From an uncultured Oscillospiraceae bacterium (GTDB taxonomy: Bacteria > Bacillota > Clostridia > Saccharofermentanales > UBA5734): a stretch of 64,000 nt of DNA. The position numbers and the translations under genes were made by a program. Below are positions 48,974-57,899 of this stretch, one piece after another. The stretch spans positions 16,507-80,506 of the forward strand of contig CAZDPQ010000001.1 of NCBI GenBank assembly GCA_964507305.1. The letters run 5' to 3'. Below the pieces are notes generated by a model. That model did not search any database. It was not told the DNA's origin and saw only the letters and a program-made list of their open reading frames with translations. The first letter of the stretch is position 1; each line of letters opens with the position of its first letter.

Positions 48974-50362
48974 CTAATTTTGTATGGAACCTGCTCCGCC
49001 GAGCCAAGCGACTGCCGCTCTGTTGAAACCAAAGTCCGGCGAACGGCTGAAGTAGAAAAGACGGGTGCCCATGTCCGCATAGCTGAAAACGGCGACAACA
49101 AGGGCTCCGGAAGAGAACATCCGGTCAAGGTATTCCCTGGCGTCCTTTTCTTCCGTCAGGCCTGTCGCATAGCCTTCCACACAGCCGAAATACGGCATGT
49201 TCGGATCCGCGTCGTGTATCTCGGATTTCAGAACATCCAGATCATAGGGGCAGGTGACCGGATTCATCGTGAAACCGGGCACACTGTAGGGATTCACCGC
49301 ACACCAGGTAGGCGGATCGAACGTGGACTGGGTGATCCGGGATGTCGACAGAGAAACCATGTGGGTGAATATTTTCATGCGCGGGATCCCGGACTCGAAA
49401 ATCCGTTTGGAAACGTTCTCAGCAAAGTCATGGATCACCTGATACAACAGTCGTCTTGTATAAGCTGAGACAGAGGTATTGTTCTGCTTCGCTTCCGTAT
49501 CCAGCTTCACCTGGTCGTATCCCAGGGAGTGAAGAGCTGCATAGCCGTATTGTGTGAATTCCCAAGGCTGCATGGAGTCCCCGGTGATGATGTCCGACGG
49601 TGGATCTCCGGGATCCAGTCCGATCAGGTTATTGTTTTCGGAATAATCCGGGATGTGGGTTTCCCATCCCGAAGACAGACCCGCGAAAAGATAGGCTTTT
49701 CCTTCCTTCCGCAGCTTTGAAAGGCGTTTGTTCAGCGGCTCCAGCACGCCTTTTTGCAGGGAATCGGACAACAGTTTCATAAATTCGGGAGATGCCAGAT
49801 TCGGGAAAGCCGGGGAACGGAGCCACACTCCCCAGTTGAACCAGAATGCCGGAAGTTTCCCGTATGCTTTCTGGCCGCCCCAGATTTCATCTTTTTCCGG
49901 AAAAGTCACCCACTCGCACATGTCGGGATGTTCGTAGAATTTCACGGCGGCATCACCACCGAAATATGTGGTGTAATTGGTGATGTCATCCAATTGGAAG
50001 TACACGGGGATATCGTATTTTTCGGCGTAATCGAAGCCGGTGTCGATCGTATGGCGCATCTGGTCGATCGATTGAGTGATCAGCATCGGTCCGACGACGC
50101 CGAACGCATACATCCTTTTCGACTTCGGATCGATCTCTCCGTACAGCTGCTTCATTTCCGGAAGGTAGCCTTCGATTTCATCTACATGCTTGTTCGTAAA
50201 CATGAACATGAGATAACGGATCGGCTCCTCTTCATCGGCCGGCTGCTTCCCACATGACACGGCGGTCTGGAGCAGCAGGCAGGTGAGAATGAGAAAAGCT
50301 GCGGCAGCCTTCCTTCCGGAACTCATCCGGATCATAGTCTGTCCTGGGATCATGCGGCTCAT
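48974..50362 (-). CDS. uncharacterised lipoprotein, paralogue A of a two-member family in this island
   Basis: Lipobox LLQTAVSC. Collinear similarity with 60583..62157 over the whole mature protein (for example PVYFQLDD, FWFNWG, GWETHIPDYS, PVTCPY). TAG stop. Confidence 0.65.
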   Translation of the reverse strand: MSRMIPGQTMIRMSSGRKAAAAFLILTCLLLQTAVSCGKQPADEEEPIRYLMFMFTNKHVDEIEGYLPEMKQLYGEIDPKSKRMYAFGVVGPMLITQSIDQMRHTIDTGFDYAEKYDIPVYFQLDDITNYTTYFGGDAAVKFYEHPDMCEWVTFPEKDEIWGGQKAYGKLPAFWFNWGVWLRSPAFPNLASPEFMKLLSDSLQKGVLEPLNKRLSKLRKEGKAYLFAGLSSGWETHIPDYSENNNLIGLDPGDPPSDIITGDSMQPWEFTQYGYAALHSLGYDQVKLDTEAKQNNTSVSAYTRRLLYQVIHDFAENVSKRIFESGIPRMKIFTHMVSLSTSRITQSTFDPPTWCAVNPYSVPGFTMNPVTCPYDLDVLKSEIHDADPNMPYFGCVEGYATGLTEEKDAREYLDRMFSSGALVVAVFSYADMGTRLFYFSRSPDFGFNRAAVAWLGGAGSIQN

Positions 50363-50409
50363 CTACGACTCCACTCCTTTCTGCGCCGACTCCGGCATCG
50401 GGACAGGGA

Positions 50410-50439
50410 AAGTCCCGCACGCCGGAGCGTGCGGGACTT
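50410..50439 (-). terminator. strong hairpin, possible terminator/attenuator between the 266-aa gene and paralogue A
   Basis: Perfect 12-bp stem (AAGTCCCGCACG / CGTGCGGGACTT) with a 6-nt loop. The downstream tract on the minus strand is only TTTCCC, so termination efficiency is uncertain. Confidence 0.45.
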
Positions 50440-50461
50440 CAGCGGTCTGTCATGCCTGTGT

Positions 50462-51262
50462 TTATTTCCTCTTCCCTGCCTTCAGGAACAATCCCGAGGA
50501 CGCGAGCGCAAGGCCGATCATGCCGATCATGGTTACATCGGAGGTCTGCGGGCTGGTGCCTTCGGTCGGCGCGGCGGTCGGTTCCACGGTTGGCGTAGCT
50601 GTAGGTGCGGCTGCGTTGGGATCGACGTCACTCACTTCGCGGACAGTCCAGGAACGGGCATTCGGTGCATCGCCGGTGCCGTCGTAGGCGGCAAACGCGA
50701 GGTAGGTATTGCCGGCTTCATCGGTAAAATCGGTCGTGGCCAGCGTGGCGAATGATGTGTTATCCGGATTGACCTTTGTCCCGTTCAGAAACAGGTTCCA
50801 TGTGCTGTTGGCTTCGTCGCGCACAAATTCGAATTTCAGGTCGCCGATTGAATTCGCGGTGGTCTGTACATTTTCAAAATAAGCCTTGCTGAAGCTGGTC
50901 TGGTAGCAGGAAACATTCAGCGTGCCGCCGCGGTTCTTGAGCATCAGCACGATTCCATTGGGATCGTTGTTGAGGGGATTCATGGCATAATCGGAGGTGT
51001 TCACGAAAGCAAGGGCGATCCAGGCGTCAGCTGGCAAATCCACGAGCTTGTCCACATTCATGTCGACTGTCAGATAGCCGGGGGTCAGAGGTGCTTTCAG
51101 GGATGCATCGGCGAACATGTGAACGCCGATCTCGTTCAGGCCGCAGGTGGAATAGTAGTCCCTCCACTCTTCGAGGGTTTGTCCGTTTGCGGCGGAAACG
51201 GACATTCCGCCGGCCAGGACAAGGGTCATGAGCAACACGGTGATCAATGCGATTTTCTTCAT
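50462..51262 (-). CDS. secreted protein with beta-rich (jelly-roll-like) domain, PT linker and C-terminal hydrophobic anchor
   Basis: Signal peptide MKKIALITVLLMTLVLAGGMSVSA. PTATPTVEPTAAPTEGTSPQTSD linker. C-terminal MIGMIGLALASSGLFLKAGKRK. Paralogous to 53587..54591. Confidence 0.6.
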   Translation of the reverse strand: MKKIALITVLLMTLVLAGGMSVSAANGQTLEEWRDYYSTCGLNEIGVHMFADASLKAPLTPGYLTVDMNVDKLVDLPADAWIALAFVNTSDYAMNPLNNDPNGIVLMLKNRGGTLNVSCYQTSFSKAYFENVQTTANSIGDLKFEFVRDEANSTWNLFLNGTKVNPDNTSFATLATTDFTDEAGNTYLAFAAYDGTGDAPNARSWTVREVSDVDPNAAAPTATPTVEPTAAPTEGTSPQTSDVTMIGMIGLALASSGLFLKAGKRK

Positions 51263-51310
51263 TTTCTCTCCTCCTTTTTATTCCTAAATGTGTTTTTCAC
51301 ATTTATGACA

Positions 51311-53590
51311 CTATTCTTCGATGGTGACAAACAATGCTCTGCCAGCCCCGATCGTTAACCCGGTCAAAGACAAATGCTCCTGAGACACATCGTTGGCTTC
51401 GAGTTCGCGCACATCGCCCGTGAAGGGATCCCAGATCCGCACGGTCTTGCCGTTCCCGTTGAACTTGACCGTGATCGTCTGGTCTTTGGAATTCGTGTTG
51501 ACCAGCATATAGACGCTGCGTCCCTGGAACTGTTCCTTCCGGTAGACGATGTTCCGGTTGCCCCCGGAAATCAGGATATCCCGGATATTCAGGTCTTTCA
51601 TGCCGTCTGGTAGATCGTAGTTCGACACAAACTCCCGTACATTCCCGTTTTTTTTCAATACCGCAAGCGCGCTCTCTGCCTTGTCCGCATCCGCCCCGTT
51701 TTCAGTCAGCACGGACCCGATGTCCTGAAGAAAGATCTTCACTCCGCTATCCGCGGCTTTCCGCAGAAAATCGATCGTTCCGGCGCTGAGCGCTGGCGTC
51801 TGGGGAATGACAAGAACGCTGTATTCGCTGTTTCCCGGCGTTATGATCTTCCCATCTTTCAGCCGGCATCCCTGAAGATTAAGGAAATCGAGGTAGTCGT
51901 AATCGATCTGGTTTTTCAGGAGTTCGACGCTGAGTTCCCTGAAGTTGTCGCTGAGGTAACTGACGGATTTGTTGAAGCTGTAAAGATTTTCGGGAGCCGT
52001 TGTCTGGGTCCATATCCCTTCGATCGGGTAATAGACCGCAACCCGCGCGATATGTTTTCCACCGTCCAGCATATAGCCGAATCGGCCGATGGTGTTGGTG
52101 AAGAGCCGGTTTTCATCCTCCGTCATGTTGTTGATGGGGTAATACGAGTTGATCTGGCTGACTCCAAGGGCATACTGGACGGCGACCGAACCGATCCGGT
52201 CCATGACGCTTCCTTTGGTTCCGTCGAAAGCGTCCGACACCTCGCTCATCACCTTCTCACGTTTGGAATAGTCTGCTGCGGACGATGCGAATTTCACAGC
52301 GGTTGAAGCCCAGCCCAGCGCGGTCTCCGGATGGGAGGTCAGCAGATCGATTCCCGGGTACTGCATGTTTTTCATGATCTGGAGATAATCGCCTTCGAAT
52401 ATTGGATGTTTGCTGATATCTTCTTCAAAGAGCAAATGTCCGGACATAGCGATCCCGTGTTCATCGCAGAATTTTCCGATCTGGCCTGTGTAATTCTCCG
52501 CCACCAGTTCGGATAAAGTCCTGTAGTAATCCCATCGGAATTTCAATGCTTCTTCCGAGTTCTCGGAAAAGAGGAGTGGCAGGTATTTTGCCGCTTCATA
52601 ACCGCGGCGTTTCTTGAATTCGTCAAGTAGTTTGTCTCCGTAATTCGCGGTGGTCAGCAACGGGATCGCCGGATCCGGCGCGTCGATCACCGCGGGTGTC
52701 GTCGGCGGAGGATCGACAAAATATGTGCCCATCAAAGAAGGTTCATCTGTAAAAAACGCCTCGATTCCTTTGCCGAAATACTGTCCGACATGATCGAAAT
52801 ACCTCTGGTAAGTGACATCGATGAACTTCCGCACGGGATCCGGATCGAGCAGGTCGATGTACCGCCTGACTTCTGCCCAGTTGAATGCCGCGTGGGTATT
52901 TTCGAAGAAATTCTTCGAATATACGCAGACAGCAGTCCAGCCGGCTTCCGGAGCGGTCCAGGACAGAGTCCCGTCCGAATCCAGCCGATCGGAAAGGTCT
53001 TGATAGGCGGCATAGTCGATATTCTCGACAGACGTTCCGCGAAATGCAAACGCAGCAACACAGGCGATATGGCCGTACGGTTTCCGGATCGTCAGGGTCT
53101 CCTTCCCTTCGGATACCACGTTCAGGCAAACAATTCCTTTGGCCTGCCAGTCCATGTTATCCTTAAGGACCAGACCACCGGCCGAACCGCTGGGGTAACC
53201 GCGCTCGTCGTAGATCCACATCCGAAGCCCCTGATCTTCGATCGTATACTTGACCAGGTCTTCGAAATCCGACCACATCTCATCGTTGACAAGATACTGT
53301 GCAAAGGATACATTCGTGACGACTCCGCCGTATCCGAGCCCTTTGAGATTGAAAACCGCAGCTTTGTCCAGGTTGCTGTGGATGACCGGTATCGGTCTGA
53401 AAGCAACATCCGGATCGAGAAATTCAGCATCGCTGAAGGTTTTCATCGGCAGATCGTCCACCGATGGCGCGCAGGATGAACCTAAAGCAGTAAAAATCAA
53501 CATGACAGCCATTGCTCCGGTGAATAGAATTTTTCTCCATGCCTTGACAGGCATTTCAGGGACTTCCTGTAAAATTTTTCGCATGATCAT
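51311..53590 (-). CDS. large exported protein, probable glycoside hydrolase of unassigned family
   Basis: N-terminal TM/lipoprotein-like signal (MLIFTALGSSC). Segments such as RRYIDLLDPDPVRKFIDVTYQRYF...FFTDEPS recall the glycosylhydrolase-like jelly-roll (GH106-like) proteins. The family cannot be fixed by eye. Confidence 0.5.
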   Translation of the reverse strand: MIMRKILQEVPEMPVKAWRKILFTGAMAVMLIFTALGSSCAPSVDDLPMKTFSDAEFLDPDVAFRPIPVIHSNLDKAAVFNLKGLGYGGVVTNVSFAQYLVNDEMWSDFEDLVKYTIEDQGLRMWIYDERGYPSGSAGGLVLKDNMDWQAKGIVCLNVVSEGKETLTIRKPYGHIACVAAFAFRGTSVENIDYAAYQDLSDRLDSDGTLSWTAPEAGWTAVCVYSKNFFENTHAAFNWAEVRRYIDLLDPDPVRKFIDVTYQRYFDHVGQYFGKGIEAFFTDEPSLMGTYFVDPPPTTPAVIDAPDPAIPLLTTANYGDKLLDEFKKRRGYEAAKYLPLLFSENSEEALKFRWDYYRTLSELVAENYTGQIGKFCDEHGIAMSGHLLFEEDISKHPIFEGDYLQIMKNMQYPGIDLLTSHPETALGWASTAVKFASSAADYSKREKVMSEVSDAFDGTKGSVMDRIGSVAVQYALGVSQINSYYPINNMTEDENRLFTNTIGRFGYMLDGGKHIARVAVYYPIEGIWTQTTAPENLYSFNKSVSYLSDNFRELSVELLKNQIDYDYLDFLNLQGCRLKDGKIITPGNSEYSVLVIPQTPALSAGTIDFLRKAADSGVKIFLQDIGSVLTENGADADKAESALAVLKKNGNVREFVSNYDLPDGMKDLNIRDILISGGNRNIVYRKEQFQGRSVYMLVNTNSKDQTITVKFNGNGKTVRIWDPFTGDVRELEANDVSQEHLSLTGLTIGAGRALFVTIEE

Positions 53591-54591
53591 TGGCCTTTCG
53601 AAGCCTTGCGCTTCAGAAACAGGAGAATTGCCGCCGCCAGGATGATGGCTCCGCCCGCTATCCCGAGGATGATCGGAAGCGCGGAATTTCCGTCCGTTTC
53701 ATCATCACCGGCCATTCCATCGCCCGATATCGTTGAAGCGGATCCATCCGACACATCGGATGCCTCTTCCGAGACCGTGCTTTCTACAGGGACTTCAGAG
53801 GATGCCGTCAGGCTTTCCGGATTCGACACAGCGCTATCCTGCGAAACAAAAGAAGCTGCTGCGGAAGAAGCCGGTGCGGAAGATAACGCTGCCGAACTCG
53901 TAGGCTGAGCTGCTCCGAGTTCCTTACCGTTGATGGAGTTGATGATGAATTCCGCAGGTTTACCATCCTGCGTATAGGAACCGACCAGGATGTATTTACT
54001 GCCGGTCGGGAAGATGACATCCTTAACTGCCAGCATCAGCTGCGCATTGTCATCGAGCTGGACATCATTGATCACCAGATGATAGAAATTCTGCTCGGTA
54101 TCCCATTTCAGCACGATTTTATTCTTCTGGCCGACCTTGAGCGGCGTGCCCTTTTCCAACAGCCTCCATGAATTCAAGCCGTTGTAAATTTTTTCCATAT
54201 ACCCGTCGAGTGTGATCCGGAATGTGCCTTTATAATTATAATAAAGTGCAACAAAGCCGGGAGTGTTCTTCTGATCTTCCAGACTGAACATGGAAGGTAC
54301 GCCCATGAAGCTGACACAGATCCACGCGTCGTAATCGGTTTTATTCTCACAATACACCGGGGTGATCTCGACCGAAACATCCTGGGTGTTCTGGGGAACA
54401 TTGTAAACGCCGTACGTAAGAGCATCAAGGCTGTCGGCTTTGAAATGGATCCCGTCGGTCTGGACAGTCGCCGTCGTTCCTGATAGCGTCCAATCCGACA
54501 ATCCGTCCTCTGCCGAGCAGGGCACAAGGAAAAGGGACATGGAAAACGCCAGGGCGAGAGACAGGGCAAGCAGCTGTACCGGTTTTTTCAT
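53587..54591 (-). CDS. secreted protein with jelly-roll-like domain, Ser/Ala-rich linker and C-terminal hydrophobic anchor
   Basis: Signal peptide MKKPVQLLALSLALAFSMSLFLVPCSA. C-terminus ALPIILGIAGGAIILAAAILLFLKRKASKGQ. Collinear motifs shared with the 266-aa protein: DAWI(A/C), a (L/F)(V/N)(I/L)N(D/G) block and W-containing strands. ATGA overlap with the 759-aa gene. Confidence 0.6.
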   Translation of the reverse strand: MKKPVQLLALSLALAFSMSLFLVPCSAEDGLSDWTLSGTTATVQTDGIHFKADSLDALTYGVYNVPQNTQDVSVEITPVYCENKTDYDAWICVSFMGVPSMFSLEDQKNTPGFVALYYNYKGTFRITLDGYMEKIYNGLNSWRLLEKGTPLKVGQKNKIVLKWDTEQNFYHLVINDVQLDDNAQLMLAVKDVIFPTGSKYILVGSYTQDGKPAEFIINSINGKELGAAQPTSSAALSSAPASSAAASFVSQDSAVSNPESLTASSEVPVESTVSEEASDVSDGSASTISGDGMAGDDETDGNSALPIILGIAGGAIILAAAILLFLKRKASKGQ

Positions 54592-54634
54592 TTTTTCATT
54601 CCTCCATTCATTATGATCCGGTCTGCGCGGCGCT

Positions 54635-55546
54635 TCAGAACGCCGTGAGCCGTTCCATGGCCATATCGACGAACCGTTTGCTGTCCACCTGCGAACAGAC
54701 TTCCAGCATGGATCCCTTCTTGTCTTTTTTCCAATTGAAATCCGAAAGATTGACCATGATCCCTCTTGCGTACATGCCGTGAAGCTCCACGGCGAAGCAG
54801 TGTTTCTCCCGGACGGTCAGGGTCGGGTCAAAAGCTGCAGCCACCGCGAGAGGGTCGTGGAGATAAACGTCGTGTCCCCAGTTGCGGCGCATAGCCATCA
54901 AAAATCGGATGCAGGGATGGGGATCCATGTCCAGCATCCGGATCTGTTCTCCGCTCAGCTTGCATTGGAATGTCACATCGAGCCCGACCGCCGTGACGGG
55001 GATTCCGGAATCAAGGACGATCTGCGCCGCTTCCGGATCGCAGGATATGTTGTGTTCCTGGTAATTCATGAAATAGGCTCCGCCCATCATGACAATCCGC
55101 CCGATTTTCGGGATAAGGCCGCGATGCTGAGTGATGAAGAGTGCGATATTGGTCAGCGGCCCGAGTGTGACCAGTGTGAGCGGTTCGGCGCATGCCGCCG
55201 CGGTGTCTCGCAGAAATGTCACGGCATCCGTGTCCTCATCGAGCGGTTCCTCATCGGTATCATCGATATATGTATCCGGTTTACGACCGAAATCCTGAGG
55301 CACGCCGAATTTGACCGGATTGCATAAGGGGATGCCGCATCCGGGAATCACCGGCACCTTGTCCATCCCTCCCAGCCGAATCAAGCGCTTGGCGATTTTC
55401 GCGCGACGCACGGTGTCCTTGAACACCGTCGTCACCCCCAGAAGCTCGATTTCAGGACTTTTCATCGCAAGACAAAGGGCAAATGCGTCGTCGATGTCGT
55501 CTCCTATGTCCGTGTCGATGATTACCGGTATTTTTCTCATGCTCAT
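54635..55546 (-). CDS. inosine/uridine-preferring nucleoside hydrolase (IUNH) family protein
   Basis: IPVIIDTDIGDDIDDAFAL N-terminal Asp cluster. No signal peptide. The ORF-track start at 55558 is TTG. ATG 55546 or 55540 follows GGAGAA. Confidence 0.8.
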   Translation of the reverse strand: MSMRKIPVIIDTDIGDDIDDAFALCLAMKSPEIELLGVTTVFKDTVRRAKIAKRLIRLGGMDKVPVIPGCGIPLCNPVKFGVPQDFGRKPDTYIDDTDEEPLDEDTDAVTFLRDTAAACAEPLTLVTLGPLTNIALFITQHRGLIPKIGRIVMMGGAYFMNYQEHNISCDPEAAQIVLDSGIPVTAVGLDVTFQCKLSGEQIRMLDMDPHPCIRFLMAMRRNWGHDVYLHDPLAVAAAFDPTLTVREKHCFAVELHGMYARGIMVNLSDFNWKKDKKGSMLEVCSQVDSKRFVDMAMERLTAF

Positions 55547-55572
55547 ACATTTCTCCAAGCCGTTTTTTCGGG

Positions 55573-56403
55573 TTACATCTTGATAGAAGAGCTGATCAGC
55601 CCCTGGATGTAGTATTTATTGGCAAAAATGAACAGGATGATCAGCGGGATGGAAGCGACCAGATAGCCTGCAAAGGTCACGGGATAGTTCATCGAGTATT
55701 GCTTCTGGAATGTAATCAGGATCCCTGCCGAAATCGTGAACTTGCTGTAATCCTGGATCGTGATCATAGGCCAAAGATAGTCATTCCAGATCCCGACCAG
55801 GTTCATAATGGCTAATGTGCCCAGAATCGGGATGCATAGCGGAAGCGCGATCCGGTAATAGCATTGGAAATCGGTAGCACCGTCGATCTGCGCGGCTTCA
55901 AAAAAGTCCCTGGGGATCCCTTCGAAGAATGTCCTCAGGAGAAAAACGCCGAATATCGGGCCGCCGACGATAAGCGGGAGAATCAGAACCGCATAGGAAT
56001 TGGTCAGGGCGAGACCTCTATACAGCATGAATGCAGGCACGAGCGTCAGAACGCCGGGCACCATCATGAGGGACACCACCATCATGTACAGGATCTGTTT
56101 TCCCGGGAAATTCATGCGGGCGAATGTATAGGCTGAGATGGAAGATAGGAAAAGCCCGCCCGATACACCGACCGCAGCGACCAGGATCGTGTTGATCAGA
56201 TAGCGCCAGACGCTGGTGAACGCGGTCACTACATTGCTGATCCGCAGCGGGAAGGTGGGGTACCACTTGCTGTAATCAAATGCAACATCGGATTTGAAGG
56301 CGCCCCAGAGTGCGATCCCGAGAGGGTAGATCATCATGAAAAGAAGCACGAGGATGACCAGATTCAGAGTTGATTGCCGTATGAAATTCCTCAGCTTGAG
56401 CAT
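55573..56403 (-). CDS. carbohydrate ABC transporter permease (MalG-like)
   Basis: Six TM segments and the EAA loop FFEAAQIDGATDFQCYYRIALP. Confidence 0.88.
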   Translation of the reverse strand: MLKLRNFIRQSTLNLVILVLLFMMIYPLGIALWGAFKSDVAFDYSKWYPTFPLRISNVVTAFTSVWRYLINTILVAAVGVSGGLFLSSISAYTFARMNFPGKQILYMMVVSLMMVPGVLTLVPAFMLYRGLALTNSYAVLILPLIVGGPIFGVFLLRTFFEGIPRDFFEAAQIDGATDFQCYYRIALPLCIPILGTLAIMNLVGIWNDYLWPMITIQDYSKFTISAGILITFQKQYSMNYPVTFAGYLVASIPLIILFIFANKYYIQGLISSSIKM

Positions 56404-56415
56404 GCTATCCTCCTC

Positions 56416-57369
56416 TCAGTTGCTTGCGGCGTCATTGCCGGTCCGGATATACCGGAACGCAAGCAGGCTGATGAAAAAGATTGCCACGAACATGCTAGTG
56501 CCGATGGCACAGGCATACCCCATCCTGCCGGCGACAAATGCCTCGTTATACATATAATAGCCGGGAACAAAGGTCGCGTATCCAGGACCTCCATGTGTCA
56601 GGACAAGCTGGACGCCATAATCCTGCAGACCGCCGATGATGCCGAAAATGATGAAGTAGCGGAACTGTCCCATGAGGAGCGGGATGTCGATATGGAAAAT
56701 CCGCTTTATGATCCCCGCGCCGTCCAAATTTGCAGATTCCATCAGTTCACCCGACACGTTCATCAAACCGGACATATAAATCAGCACGCTGGTGCCGCCG
56801 ATCCAGGGAAATCCCATGAAAATGATCGCAGGGATGACCAGGCGGATATCCCCGAGGTAGTTGATCACGGCATCCTGGGGAACCACATGAAGCGCCTTGA
56901 GCAATGCCGACATCAGCCCTATGTTCGGGTCGTACACATATTTCCATATCAACAACCCGACGACGCCGGGCGCCACGATCGGAAGAAGGATGCCGATCCG
57001 GTAGCCCGACTGCAGCTTTGCGTGGCGGACTCCGAAAATCAACTCTGCCATGAGAAATGGAACGATGATGCCGATCAGAAGCCTCGGGATCAGAAGGATG
57101 AACATCGTTTTGATGGAATTCAGGAAGATTTTATCAGTAAACAGCTCCTTGAAGTTTCCGAGACCGATGAAATCCGCATTCCCGACACCGTCCCAGTCGA
57201 AAAACGAGCGGAAGATGCCACTGAGCGGTGGATAATAGCAGAAAATGAACAGCCCGAGGAACATCGGAGTCAGATAAAGATAAGCCTTCCGGCTTTTCCA
57301 TATCCTGGAAGCCAGTCCGTCCGTTCCGCGGCTCCATGTTGCTGTACCGTTTGCTGTCACTGGTTTCAT
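56416..57369 (-). CDS. carbohydrate ABC transporter permease (MalF-like)
   Basis: EAA loop LMESANLDGAGIIKRIFHIDIPLL; multi-TM protein. Confidence 0.88.
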   Translation of the reverse strand: MKPVTANGTATWSRGTDGLASRIWKSRKAYLYLTPMFLGLFIFCYYPPLSGIFRSFFDWDGVGNADFIGLGNFKELFTDKIFLNSIKTMFILLIPRLLIGIIVPFLMAELIFGVRHAKLQSGYRIGILLPIVAPGVVGLLIWKYVYDPNIGLMSALLKALHVVPQDAVINYLGDIRLVIPAIIFMGFPWIGGTSVLIYMSGLMNVSGELMESANLDGAGIIKRIFHIDIPLLMGQFRYFIIFGIIGGLQDYGVQLVLTHGGPGYATFVPGYYMYNEAFVAGRMGYACAIGTSMFVAIFFISLLAFRYIRTGNDAASN

Positions 57370-57415
57370 GAAATGATTCTCCTGATCGGCTGCATTTGCC
57401 GATGCGCTGAAGGAT

Positions 57416-57880
57416 TCATCCTTCGCCGAAAATATCGTCCTGGCCCGGTGTTCCGTTGTCAGCCGGCTCCGGTTCTGTCAGCCGCACGGTGAAAATGCCC
57501 GTCGCGTTGACTTCAATGACGATGGAATTGGATTCGTCGATGACTTTGATCGGAACATCCTTCAGTTCCATCAGCTTGGAAGCGCGGTAGGGATAGTAGA
57601 CATACGTCACTTTCCCGTTTTCGTCCGTGATTTCGCGGTTGGCCTTCAGCATCCCGCCTCCGAGGGAAAATGCGAACAGAGAATGTCCTCCGACCGGTTG
57701 TCCGCCGTTCTGGGTCAGTTGCACGACGATCGTGATCGGCGACTGCCCGTCCGCGACTCCGGGATCCGGTGAAACGGATACCAGGCCGATATGGAACTGC
57801 GAAGCCCTGAATGCATCGAAGGTGTAAAACATTCCGAAGATCAGGCACAGGATCAATAATGTGATCAGTTTCTTTTTCAC
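57416..57880 (-). CDS. small membrane-anchored protein with bacterial Ig-like domain
   Basis: GTG 57880 (VKKKLITLLILCLIFGMFY) gives an N-terminal TM segment. SPDPGVADGQSPITIVVQLTQNGGQPVGGHSLFAF...DENGKVTYVYYP resembles Big_1/invasin-type Ig repeats. Confidence 0.55.
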   Translation of the reverse strand: MKKKLITLLILCLIFGMFYTFDAFRASQFHIGLVSVSPDPGVADGQSPITIVVQLTQNGGQPVGGHSLFAFSLGGGMLKANREITDENGKVTYVYYPYRASKLMELKDVPIKVIDESNSIVIEVNATGIFTVRLTEPEPADNGTPGQDDIFGEG

Positions 57881-57899
57881 CGCGCATCCGCTCCCGGCG

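Noticed and set aside
50480-50560. Sortase LPXTG sorting signal in the 266-aa protein (and in the 334-aa paralogue)
   Set aside because: No LPXTG is present. SPQTSD is only a near miss to (S/P)PxTG, and the paralogue has nothing comparable. No sortase gene occurs in the window. The possibility is mentioned in the finding but not called as a feature.
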